A program made the translations under genes and the position numbers. Below the pieces are notes generated by a model. That model ran no database searches. It saw nothing but the letters and a program-made list of their open reading frames with translations, and was not told the origin of the DNA. Below are positions 26,607 through 35,490 of a DNA stretch of 64,000 bases, piece by piece. The DNA is from Nitrospira sp. GTDB lineage: Bacteria; Nitrospirota; Nitrospiria; Nitrospirales; Nitrospiraceae. Position 1 is the first letter of the stretch. Every line of letters begins with the position of its first letter. Location: assembly GCA_047150005.1 (NCBI GenBank), contig AP038806.1, positions 1,536,001 through 1,600,000 of the forward strand. The letters are read 5' to 3'.

Positions 26607-27965
26607 TTACGGCTTGGGGGAAGATCGATCTGTTTTCCACCACCAGTAGAGCGGGATCCCGCTCAAAATGGTCGCGGCGCCGAAGAGCGATTCGGCCGGA
26701 CGCTGGAGCAGGCTGTAGCCGACGAGGAATAAGGCTCCGGCCACGAGCGCAGCAGGCAACAGAGGATACCAGGGAGCGCGGTAGGCATCGGACACGGCCG
26801 AACTACGTGATCGCAGGCGGAAGACGGACGAGAGCGTCAGGGCGAGGAACAAGGACAGCACGAGGCCGCTGTAGACGAGCAACTGCTCGAACGTCCCACT
26901 GAGGATCAGCAGCGACGCCCAGAGGCTCTGGGTGACGATCGCACGGGCCGGTGCGCCGGTTGTCGGGCGCAGCGCGGCGAGCCATGGGCTGACGATCCCG
27001 TCGCGCGCCATGGCCCAGTACACACGGGGGCCGGCCCAGGTCATGGCGCTCACAGCTCCCGCAATGGACAGGCAGAGGATGCCGGAAACGAGTCGTCCGC
27101 CTCCCGGCCCCCACAAGGCGGCCGCCGCTTTCTCCGCCACCGGTACGATCGGCTCCCGGGCGAGCTCGGGAATCGACAAGGCCGACAGATAGACGAGATT
27201 CAGGAGCAGATAGACGGCGGCGACGAACGCCGTGCCTCCGATCATGATGCGCGGCAGGGTGCGCCGCGGGTCGGCAATGTCGCTTGCAATATAGCCCGCC
27301 ACGTTCCATCCCATATAGCAGTAGGTGACGATCACCAATGACACGGCCGCCGCGCCGAGAGAGGGCTGCGCGTGCACCGGTCGTTCGGTCAGATGGCCCC
27401 ACTCCCCTGCCGCCCAGAGACCGCCCAGGATCAGACCGCCGATGGCGACCACCTTGGTCGTGGTGAGCAGCAGTTGCATGCGCCCTCCCGTGCCCACCCC
27501 ACGGCAATGGACCAAGGTGACCGTCCACAGTAGGGAGAGCGAGAGACCTCGCCCCAGCCAGCCGGTGTCGTCGGCGATGGGGATGACCTGTAGCGCATAG
27601 GACGCGAAGCTGATCGACGAGGCCGCCACGGCCGCGCCGAACCCGATGGTGAAGGACGCCCATCCGCTGAGAAAGGCCGCGACCGGTCCGTACGCCTGTC
27701 TCAGATACACATAATCGCCACCCGCGTGCGGCAGGAGCGAGCCGAGCTCTCCGTACACCGTGGCGCCGCCGACCGCGAACAGCGCCCCGATGAGCCACAG
27801 CAAGAGGATGAGCAGCGGATCGCCCAGATCCCGCGCCATGATGCCGGTCGTCGTAAAGATGCCGCCGCCGATCATATTGCTGACCAGCACGCAGGCGGCG
27901 GTGAACCAGCCGATGGTCGTTCGAGAACGGTCGGAGGGACGGCTCGAAGGCGGTGAGAGACTCAT
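26607..27965 (-). CDS. APC family amino acid permease
   Basis: SNMIGGGIFTT, YGELGSLLPHAGGDYVYLRQAYG, GPRVYWAMARDG, YRAPWYP; start at MSLSPP inferred. Confidence 0.92.
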   Translation of the reverse strand: MSLSPPSSRPSDRSRTTIGWFTAACVLVSNMIGGGIFTTTGIMARDLGDPLLILLLWLIGALFAVGGATVYGELGSLLPHAGGDYVYLRQAYGPVAAFLSGWASFTIGFGAAVAASSISFASYALQVIPIADDTGWLGRGLSLSLLWTVTLVHCRGVGTGGRMQLLLTTTKVVAIGGLILGGLWAAGEWGHLTERPVHAQPSLGAAAVSLVIVTYCYMGWNVAGYIASDIADPRRTLPRIMIGGTAFVAAVYLLLNLVYLSALSIPELAREPIVPVAEKAAAALWGPGGGRLVSGILCLSIAGAVSAMTWAGPRVYWAMARDGIVSPWLAALRPTTGAPARAIVTQSLWASLLILSGTFEQLLVYSGLVLSLFLALTLSSVFRLRSRSSAVSDAYRAPWYPLLPAALVAGALFLVGYSLLQRPAESLFGAATILSGIPLYWWWKTDRSSPKP

Positions 27966-28050
27966 GGGCCCGTCAGTGTAGTCCGGCGGCCTTGAGATTT
28001 CGAGCTGTTCCCGCTTTTCTTTCTCGGCCGGCTCACATACCATAGGTCCC

Positions 28051-29049
28051 ATGGCGGAGAGAAAAGGAAAAAAGGGCTCCGGCTCCGTTGCCGTCAAACG
28101 ACGGAAACGACCGGTCGGCGCATCGATCGGGCTGGCCGCGGCTGAATTGCAGGCCGCCGCGCCTCCTGGGGAGGTCGCGCAGCTGCATCGGACGATCGAG
28201 GAAGACGGCGGGAAGGTGCTGGCGGTGTATCGGGAGCCCTACGGAGGCCGCTGGCTGGTGCTGGCGGCGCTGCCGATCGACCTCGTCGAGCCGACGCCGT
28301 ATCAGCGCAACCTCTCCGATACCCACGTGAGAAAGCTCGAGGCCGTCATCGGCAAGATCGGCCGTTTCCTCGATCCGATCATCGCGGTGCGGATGCCGAA
28401 GCCGGATGAGGTCGCGAAATACTGGACGCCGAACGGCAACCATCGGCTGTCCGCCATGCGGACGCTCGGCGCCAAGAGCATCGTCGCCATCGTAGTCCCT
28501 GAGTCGACTGCGGCCTATCAAATCCTGGCATTGAATACGGAAAAGGCCCACAACCTCCGTGAGAAAGCCTTGGAAGTCATCCGCATGTACAAAGAACTCG
28601 CGCAGCTCGATGACGCCGCCGAAGACGCCTACGCTTTGGAATTCGAGGAACCGTCGCTGATCACGCTGGGACTCTGCTATGAGGACCGGCCGCGATTCAG
28701 CGGCGGGGCCTACCATCCCGTCCTGAAGCGCGTCGAGCAGTTCTTGCACATGCCTATGCAGGCGGGACTCGACCGACGGCGGGGTATGGCCAAGGTACTG
28801 CTGGCGTTGGACGACGAAATCGTCAAGCAGGTCGAGGCTCTCAAGGCGCGAGGTCTCACCAGCCCCTACTTGAAGAGTTTCCTCGTGGCACGTGTGAATC
28901 CGGTGCGGTTCAGGCCCAAGGATGCCGCGCCCCTGTCCTTTGATGAGGCGCTCGACCGAATGGCCAAGGCCGCGGCGAAGTTCGACCCGGACAAGGTCAA
29001 GCCGAACGATCTGGCTCGATCCGGTGGCGCTCCGGACGAGGGTGAATAG
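28051..29049 (+). CDS. ParB/Srx N-terminal domain protein (orphan)
   Basis: VEPTPYQRNLS, FLDPIIAV, TPNGNHRL, LALNTEK. Confidence 0.78.
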   Translation: MAERKGKKGSGSVAVKRRKRPVGASIGLAAAELQAAAPPGEVAQLHRTIEEDGGKVLAVYREPYGGRWLVLAALPIDLVEPTPYQRNLSDTHVRKLEAVIGKIGRFLDPIIAVRMPKPDEVAKYWTPNGNHRLSAMRTLGAKSIVAIVVPESTAAYQILALNTEKAHNLREKALEVIRMYKELAQLDDAAEDAYALEFEEPSLITLGLCYEDRPRFSGGAYHPVLKRVEQFLHMPMQAGLDRRRGMAKVLLALDDEIVKQVEALKARGLTSPYLKSFLVARVNPVRFRPKDAAPLSFDEALDRMAKAAAKFDPDKVKPNDLARSGGAPDEGE

Positions 29050-29148
29050 CGCCCGGCCTCGACCGGCCATCTGGTTTCACGTCCAAAAAGAGGTTTAGAA
29101 TACGTTTCATTCATAGCCGCGCTCCTCATTTTCGTAAAGGAGGATGCC

Positions 29149-29598
29149 ATGCTCGTACACGATATCATGTCCACGGGTTTCGTATCGGCGTATCCGACCG
29201 ATACGGTTCGCTCCGTCGTGATCAAAATGTTAAGCCGGCACTGTGGCGCCGTTCCGGTCGTCGAAGGCGACAACAGCCTTGTGGGGATCGTGACGGTGCG
29301 CGACATCCTGCTTCCGCTCTATCCGAACTATGGGGACTATATCCACGACAATGTTCACAGCCGGGACTTTCTCGCAATGGAGGAGGGCTATCCGGAGATC
29401 ATGGCGAAAAAAGTCGAAGAGGTGATGAGCAGGAACCCGCTGACCCTTCGCTCAAGCGCTCCGATCCTCGAAGCCGCTTCATACATGGGCCTCAAGAACT
29501 TCAGGCGGATTCCTGTCGTCGATCAGGGTCGGCTCGTGGGCATGGTCAGCATCGGGGACATCAATCGAGGGCTGTTCTTCGCGCAGCAGGCTGCGTGA
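29149..29598 (+). CDS. CBS domain protein
   Basis: VHDIMS, VPVV..LVGIVT, IPVVDQGRLVGMVS; AAGGAGG RBS. Confidence 0.9.
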   Translation: MLVHDIMSTGFVSAYPTDTVRSVVIKMLSRHCGAVPVVEGDNSLVGIVTVRDILLPLYPNYGDYIHDNVHSRDFLAMEEGYPEIMAKKVEEVMSRNPLTLRSSAPILEAASYMGLKNFRRIPVVDQGRLVGMVSIGDINRGLFFAQQAA

Positions 29599-29660
29599 CG
29601 GGTGTGGTTGCGCTCGAAGAAGACGCCTCTTTAAAATAAAGTGTTTGAAGGAGGATCCTT

Positions 29661-30011
29661 ATGGGTCTGGCCGACAACAAGTGCGTGCCTTGTCGGGGCG
29701 GGGTGCCCCCGCTGCCGAACGAGCGGGCGCAGGCGCTGCTCAAGGAACTCGGCCGCGGTTGGGGAATCAACCAGCAGGGCCATCTCGAGCGGCTTTACAC
29801 CTTCGCCGATTTCGCCCAGGCGTTGGCTTTCGTCAACAAAGTGGGGGCCGTGGCGGAAGCGGAAGGCCATCATCCGGATCTCCATTTAGCATGGGGCAAG
29901 TGCAAGGTGGAAATCTGGACGCACAAGATCAATGGGTTGACGGAGAGCGATTTTTATCTGGCGGCGAAGGCTGATCGTGAATTCGGCCTGTTGAAGCCGT
30001 CCGCGAACTAG
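29661..30011 (+). CDS. phhB: Pterin-4-alpha-carbinolamine dehydratase
   Basis: CVPCRGG, AEAEGHHPDL, WTHKINGLTESDF. Confidence 0.92.
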   Translation: MGLADNKCVPCRGGVPPLPNERAQALLKELGRGWGINQQGHLERLYTFADFAQALAFVNKVGAVAEAEGHHPDLHLAWGKCKVEIWTHKINGLTESDFYLAAKADREFGLLKPSAN

Positions 30012-30051
30012 CGTCGGTCCGGAGGCGTCCTCATGGCGAGCGAGGCGACGG

Positions 30052-31896
30052 ATGAGCGATAAGGCGGAGGTGGCCCTTGTCAACATGCCGTTCAGCTACT
30101 CGAAGTACCCCTCGATTCAGCTCGGCACCCTTTCGGCTCTCCTCAAATCTCAAGGCATTCCCGTCGATTGTCACCACCTCAACGTCCGCTTCGCCCACAA
30201 GATCGGGGCGCCGTTGTATGAACTGATCTGTGAGAAGCGCGCGCTGTTCGGGGAGTGGATCTTTTCGTACCTCTTGTTTCGCGACAATCCCAAGCGCGCC
30301 GAATATCCGCGGGTCTTCAAACCGGTCTTCGAGCAACTTGCCCAGGAGAGCGGGCGTTCACTTGATTACTTCGAAGACATGGCCGTCCGCACGGCCCCTC
30401 AGTTCCTGACCCAGGCGCTCACCTCGATCGATTGGGGGCAATACCGTCTCGTGGGCTTCACCTCGACCTTCGACCAAAACGTGGCCAGCCTGACCATGGC
30501 GAAGCTGATCAAGGACCTGTACCCGTCGGTCACGATCGTCTTCGGCGGCGCGAACTACGACGGCGACATGGGTCTCGAATACTTCAGGGCGTTTCCATTC
30601 ATCGACCACGTGGTCGTCGGCGAAGGAGAGGAGAGTTTTCCCCGCCTGGTCCGCAAGGTGCTGGGCCGTCATGCATCGGGATATCCCAACGGCATCGCGT
30701 ACCGTGAGGGACACGACATCCGGCTGACCCCCAATGCCTCGCTCTTTTCTGATTTCGCCAAGACGGGTCCTCCTGATTACGACGATTACTACCGCCTGCT
30801 GGCCGAATTGGGGGAATCGTCCCAGGGTTTGGACCGCATCCTCCTGTATGAGGGCTCGCGGGGGTGCTGGTGGGGTGAGAAACACCACTGTACGTTCTGC
30901 GGGCTGAACGCGCAAAGCATGAAATTCCGCGCCAAATCTTCGGAGCAGGTGGCGCGGGAAATGACCTACCTCTCGCATCGATACGACACGGCCAGGTTCA
31001 GGCTGGTCGACAACATCATCGACATGAAATATGTCGAGGATCTCTTCGGAAAATTCGCGGCGGCCCACTGCGACCTCGACGTGTTCATCGAAACCAAGAG
31101 CAATCTCCACAAGAGTCAAATCCGCACGCTCGCGGTCGGCGGAGTAAAGTGCATGCAACCGGGCCTGGAGTCCCTAAGCCTCAACCAGCTGAGGGCGATG
31201 GACAAGGGCGTGACCCCGATGCAGAACATCCTGTGCCTGAAATGGAGTTTCTATTATCGGGTGGCCGTGTCCTGGAACATTCTCCTGGGATTTCCGGGCG
31301 AGACCAACGAGGACTATCGCCGTCAGATCGACGTGATCCCGTCGTTGCTGCATCTCCAGCCGCCGGAGTCCACGGGAAAGTTCTGGCTGGAGCGGTTCAG
31401 TCCCTATTACATGAGGCCGCAGGAATACGGCGTGCGGATCACGGGTCCCGGCGCGGCGTACGAATATATATACGACTCGCGTCAGGTCGACCTGAAGAAG
31501 ATCGCATACGATTTCGAGTATGAGTTGGACGACTGGCCGGTCGATCCGCATGTGTATCAGGAGCTGGTTTCGGAGATCGAGGGCTGGCGCCGTCTGCATA
31601 TGTCGAACGACCGGCCGTTCCTGTACTATTCCAAGGCGCTGAATTACGTGACAGTGTATGACGGACGAACACCCGGCTCCCCCATCCGCAGGCGGTACGA
31701 CGGTCTGGCGGCGCAGGTGATCGAAATTTGCAATGAGGCGGCGAAAGGCCCCGAACAGATTCAGGCGGCGCTCGCCCGCGAAGCGGGTGATGAACCGTTG
31801 GCGCCGGTGCTGGCTGACCTGACCGCCCGGCGCATCCTCTACGAAGAGCGAGGGAAGTACTTCACGTTGGCCATCCCAGAACATCCCTACCTGTGA
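30052..31896 (+). CDS. B12-binding radical SAM enzyme, RiPP-maturation C-methyltransferase type
   Basis: N-terminal cobalamin domain (LVNMPF, PSIQLGTL, VFGGAN, GEGE); CWWGEKHHCTFC (CX7CX2C); QPGLESL; WNILLGFPGE; LERFSPY. Confidence 0.88.
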   Translation: MSDKAEVALVNMPFSYSKYPSIQLGTLSALLKSQGIPVDCHHLNVRFAHKIGAPLYELICEKRALFGEWIFSYLLFRDNPKRAEYPRVFKPVFEQLAQESGRSLDYFEDMAVRTAPQFLTQALTSIDWGQYRLVGFTSTFDQNVASLTMAKLIKDLYPSVTIVFGGANYDGDMGLEYFRAFPFIDHVVVGEGEESFPRLVRKVLGRHASGYPNGIAYREGHDIRLTPNASLFSDFAKTGPPDYDDYYRLLAELGESSQGLDRILLYEGSRGCWWGEKHHCTFCGLNAQSMKFRAKSSEQVAREMTYLSHRYDTARFRLVDNIIDMKYVEDLFGKFAAAHCDLDVFIETKSNLHKSQIRTLAVGGVKCMQPGLESLSLNQLRAMDKGVTPMQNILCLKWSFYYRVAVSWNILLGFPGETNEDYRRQIDVIPSLLHLQPPESTGKFWLERFSPYYMRPQEYGVRITGPGAAYEYIYDSRQVDLKKIAYDFEYELDDWPVDPHVYQELVSEIEGWRRLHMSNDRPFLYYSKALNYVTVYDGRTPGSPIRRRYDGLAAQVIEICNEAAKGPEQIQAALAREAGDEPLAPVLADLTARRILYEERGKYFTLAIPEHPYL

Positions 31897-31932
31897 GGGA
31901 CTGACTCCGGCGTGGGCCGGTGGCTGTCCCGG

Positions 31933-32265
31933 TTACATCGAGAGCTTCTCGGCGACGTTCCGCATCTGCACACCGTGAACCAACGAGGCTCCTCCACGGA
32001 TCGCGCACGCGACGTGCACGGCTTCGGTCATTTCCTCGATGTTTGATCCTTTCTCAAGGGAAGCCTGGGTATAGGCGTCGATGCAGTACGGGCACTGCAC
32101 GGTGTGGGCGACGGCGAGCGCGATCAAGGCCTTTTCGCGCTCCGTCAACGCTCCTTCGGCAAAGCACGCGCTGTAGTACGCCATGAATTTTTCCCAGAGG
32201 GCCTTGTTGTCTTTTCCCATATCGGAAAATTTTCCAAGGTCATGCGGATGGTAATAGGTGTCCAT
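31933..32265 (-). CDS. AhpD/carboxymuconolactone decarboxylase family peroxidase-like protein
   Basis: MDTYY, EGALTEREKALIALAVAHTVQCPYCID, GGASLVHGVQM. Confidence 0.88.
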   Translation of the reverse strand: MDTYYHPHDLGKFSDMGKDNKALWEKFMAYYSACFAEGALTEREKALIALAVAHTVQCPYCIDAYTQASLEKGSNIEEMTEAVHVACAIRGGASLVHGVQMRNVAEKLSM

Positions 32266-32339
32266 GAGAACTCCCTGATTTGGAAGGTTACGGTTGAGGC
32301 TGAGGCTGAGAAAAGGGTCAGAGGTTCCCGACCTCAATG

Positions 32340-32624
32340 TCACGCGTTGCTGGGCGGACCCGCGTCGGCCTGGGCGAGGATTTGAGAAAAGCAGCGTCCG
32401 ACGATACCGGTCACTTTTCCCAGAAGATCCGTGACTTCCTGCCATTCGTTGGGGAGCAAGTCTTGTTTGAGCTGGGGGTGAATCGCCCATTGAGCATCGA
32501 CCTGGGACCCCGTGCGGCTGACCTGAACCCGAAGCAGTTCGATTTCCGTGGCGGACGATTCGGCTTCGTCCGGCTGGGGTGGATTGCCGTTCGGTTGTCC
32601 TGAGGGAGGCACTGACCTGGCCAT
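32340..32624 (-). CDS. Hypothetical protein
   Basis: AAGGAG RBS; 94 aa; same strand as both flanking genes. Confidence 0.65.
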   Translation of the reverse strand: MARSVPPSGQPNGNPPQPDEAESSATEIELLRVQVSRTGSQVDAQWAIHPQLKQDLLPNEWQEVTDLLGKVTGIVGRCFSQILAQADAGPPSNA

Positions 32625-32740
32625 ACGTCGCACTCCTTTTCTTCCGCGGACTTCTCAGGATCATACTCCATCGACCTTGCCGCTGTATATGATAGTCGGG
32701 CGCCGTATCTTGAGGAGGTCGCCGTCGGGTCGTGTTTCGG

Positions 32741-33562
32741 TCAGGGACGAGGCCGCGCTCCTTGTCGGAGGACCTCCAGCATGGCCTCATGGATCAGCCC
32801 GTTGCTGGCGACCAGCTCTTTCCCGTAAATCGAGTGGGCGCCGCCGGCAAAATCCGTGACGGTTCCTCCCGCTTCCGTGAGAACGACGACTCCCGCCGCC
32901 ATGTCCCAGGGGTTCAATCGGACTTCCCAGAATCCGTCGAATCGTCCGGACGCCACGTAGCAGAGATCCAGGGCCGCGCTGCCCGTTCGACGCAGCCCCT
33001 GCGCCTTGAGCGCGAAGCGGGCGAAATGATCCAGATTGTTGTTGGCGGTTTCTCGGATATCATACGCGAATCCCGTGACCAAGAGCGCCCGATCCAGGTG
33101 ATTGACGCGCGAGACGGCAAGGGTGGTTCCGTTGAGATGCGCCCCGGCGCCGGCTTGGGCCGTGAACAATTCGTTTCTGGTCGGATCGAAGACGACGCCG
33201 ATCAGGCCGGTGCCGTCGCGCTCCACACCGATCGAGACGCTGTAGAATGGGAACCCGTGGGCAAAGTTGGTCGTTCCATCGAGCGGATCGACAATCCATT
33301 GATAACGGGAAGGGGCTTGGACGGTCGGTCCCTGTTCCTCGGCAAGAATCCGATGTGAAGGGAACCGTCGGCGTATCAGTTCGACGATGCATCGCTCGGC
33401 CGCACGGTCGGCGTCCGTGACGAGGTCGATGGGATTCTTATGTTCGATGCGGAAGCCGGCCTTGGCATAGTCCAGGAGCAGGCACCCGGCCTGCCTGGCG
33501 GCCTCGACCGCCACCGTCATCAATTGGTCGGGGGGAATGTCTTCTGAGTCTGCCGGACGCAT
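32741..33562 (-). CDS. suhB: Inositol monophosphatase family protein
   Basis: DLVTDAD, WIVDPLDGTTNFAHG, GSAALDL, PWDMAAG. Confidence 0.93.
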   Translation of the reverse strand: MRPADSEDIPPDQLMTVAVEAARQAGCLLLDYAKAGFRIEHKNPIDLVTDADRAAERCIVELIRRRFPSHRILAEEQGPTVQAPSRYQWIVDPLDGTTNFAHGFPFYSVSIGVERDGTGLIGVVFDPTRNELFTAQAGAGAHLNGTTLAVSRVNHLDRALLVTGFAYDIRETANNNLDHFARFALKAQGLRRTGSAALDLCYVASGRFDGFWEVRLNPWDMAAGVVVLTEAGGTVTDFAGGAHSIYGKELVASNGLIHEAMLEVLRQGARPRP

Positions 33563-33691
33563 GGATGTCGCATGATAGCATGGCGGTTCTTGAATGGTCC
33601 GTGTCCGTGGGTCATGCGCGGCCCGACACGAACTTAAACGACTCCGCTCGTGGTTCCATCGTGCGGCAGGCCCCGATTCGCATTCGTTCTA

Positions 33692-33720
33692 TTGACTTGA
33701 TTCATAAGCAAGACTATAAA
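33692..33720 (+). promoter_or_regulatory. Near-consensus sigma70 promoter
   Basis: TTGACT-N17-TATAAA, divergent from suhB. Confidence 0.65.
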
Positions 33721-34155
33721 GCAGAGACGACGATCAAGGTTTCGTGAACAAATGTGCGGAGAGATGCGTTCGTGCTGAGCAGTGAAACATGATTCGATAG
33801 GAACCATTATCAGGAAATCAACGACAGCACCACCGCCTGAACCGGGACGTCGCAACCCTGGATCAGTTTTGCGACTCGGCCGAAGCGCTCGATCGCGAAG
33901 ATGCCGACAACGATCCCGCCGATTGTTTTCACTCAACCGATTGCTGAAGCCGCTGGCAGTTGCCGACCGTCCGAGGCGTCGAGAGCTCATCCTGCTCGGA
34001 ATGGCGTCGGGGCCGCAGCGCGATGGGAGAATTTCCGCGAGTCGGTGCGAGCGGAACGCGCCGCTCACATCGAGGGCGACATCGGACAATAGTAAGAGAA
34101 AGGCCGCGCCTATACCCGGGTCTGACGGACTGACGGACGAAGGGAGGTGAGAGTC

Positions 34156-34194
34156 TTGGCGACGAAGAAAGCAGCGAAGAAGAAAAAGAAGTAA
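34156..34194 (+). CDS. 12-aa Lys-rich micro-ORF MATKKAAKKKKK
   Basis: Strong RBS AGGGAGGT, 7 nt, TTG start; followed by a 13-bp hairpin. Confidence 0.5.
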   Translation: MATKKAAKKKKK

Positions 34195-34212
34195 GTCCCG
34201 CCTTGATTCCAG

Positions 34213-34242
34213 CGTCGGGAACGAGGCCACTCGTTCCCGACG
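34213..34242. terminator. Hairpin between the micro-ORF and convergent lpxC
   Basis: CGTCGGGAACGAG-gcca-CTCGTTCCCGACG perfect 13-bp stem. Confidence 0.55.
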
Positions 34243-34343
34243 TTGACCGACGACCCCACCGCTTCATCGGTATCTCGACGCAGACCAATCGACCGCCCCC
34301 GAGGGGGGCGGGACAGTCTCGATGTGGCTTCTTGCAAGGGTGT

Positions 34344-35282
34344 TTAGGAAGCGGCTTGGAGCGCCACAGGCGCGGTCGGCCGCGAGGAGGACACGGCGGA
34401 AAGAAGCTCGGGAACCGTCACGCCATGGTCGGCGTTGAGGAGCACCCAACAGTCCGGATGATCCAGAATCTGCTTCACGAGTTTTGTGTGCAGGGCATGT
34501 CCTGAGCGGTCGGCAATCAGATGACCGATGAACGGAACTCCCAGGAGCGCAAAGTCGCCGATCAGGTCCAGCACCTTGTGCCGGACGAACTCGTCGGCAA
34601 AACGGAGGCCGGATTCATTCAAGACTCCGTCCTTCGACAACACAACCGTATTGTCCAGGTTGCCGCCGCGCCCAAGCCCGCGCGCCCATAGGGCCTCGAC
34701 TTCCTCCAAGAATCCGAACGTCCGGGCATCGGCAATCTCCGACTCGAATGCGTCCGCCGAGTATTCATGGGTGTACGTCTGCGTCTGAATCAGAGGATGG
34801 TTGTATTGAATAGAATAGGTGATTCTCGGCGTCGACGACGGCTCAATACGAATCCGGCGTGACCCGTCCACCACTTCAAGAGGTCTTGTCATCTTCAGAT
34901 ACGGTTGGCGCTTGGCTTGGGAAACCAAGCCGGCCGAACGGATCAAACGCACGAACTGTGCGGAGCTGCCATCCATGACCGGCGCTTCCCCCGCATCGAC
35001 GTCGACGAACACATTGTCGACGTTCAATCCGGCCAGTGCCGCCAAGACATGCTCGATCGTCTTGACCTGAAATCCATTGCCGCTGATCGCCGTGCAAAGC
35101 TCGGTCGGCACCAAATGCTTGACGGTCGCCGCGAGAGAGGCTCCCGCATGTCCATTTCGATTGACAAAGACGACGCCGCTATCAGGAGGAGCCGGCCTCA
35201 TGGTCAAGGTCACGGGTTGGCCTGAATGAAGACCAACACCTGTGCAGGTTATCGTATTGGCTAAGGTCTGTTGCAGTCTCAC
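34344..35282 (-). CDS. lpxC: UDP-3-O-acyl-N-acetylglucosamine deacetylase
   Basis: QQTL..GVGLHSG, TIEHVLAAL, MDGSS, ARTFGF, VRHKVLDLIGD, GHALH; GTG start inferred. Confidence 0.96.
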   Translation of the reverse strand: MRLQQTLANTITCTGVGLHSGQPVTLTMRPAPPDSGVVFVNRNGHAGASLAATVKHLVPTELCTAISGNGFQVKTIEHVLAALAGLNVDNVFVDVDAGEAPVMDGSSAQFVRLIRSAGLVSQAKRQPYLKMTRPLEVVDGSRRIRIEPSSTPRITYSIQYNHPLIQTQTYTHEYSADAFESEIADARTFGFLEEVEALWARGLGRGGNLDNTVVLSKDGVLNESGLRFADEFVRHKVLDLIGDFALLGVPFIGHLIADRSGHALHTKLVKQILDHPDCWVLLNADHGVTVPELLSAVSSSRPTAPVALQAAS

Positions 35283-35310
35283 CTGGCACCTCCGATCTGC
35301 AGGTGGAGAC

Positions 35311-35326
35311 AGCAACTCACATGCCA
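35311..35326 (-). promoter_or_regulatory. Sigma54 promoter of lpxC
   Basis: Minus strand TGGCAT-GTGAG-TTGCT; AT-rich tract upstream (35341-35420). Confidence 0.7.
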
Positions 35327-35490
35327 ATAGAAATTCTGGCAGGAATGTATCGTAAGATATTGTTATATAATGTATTTATTCATTCTATCTGATTCAGATT
35401 CATTGTTGTAAAAACCTGACACCTGTGACTTTTGAGAAGGAGTGCCATCGGCTTTTCCCTCCAACTACCCCCGCGATAAAAAAGCGGCGA

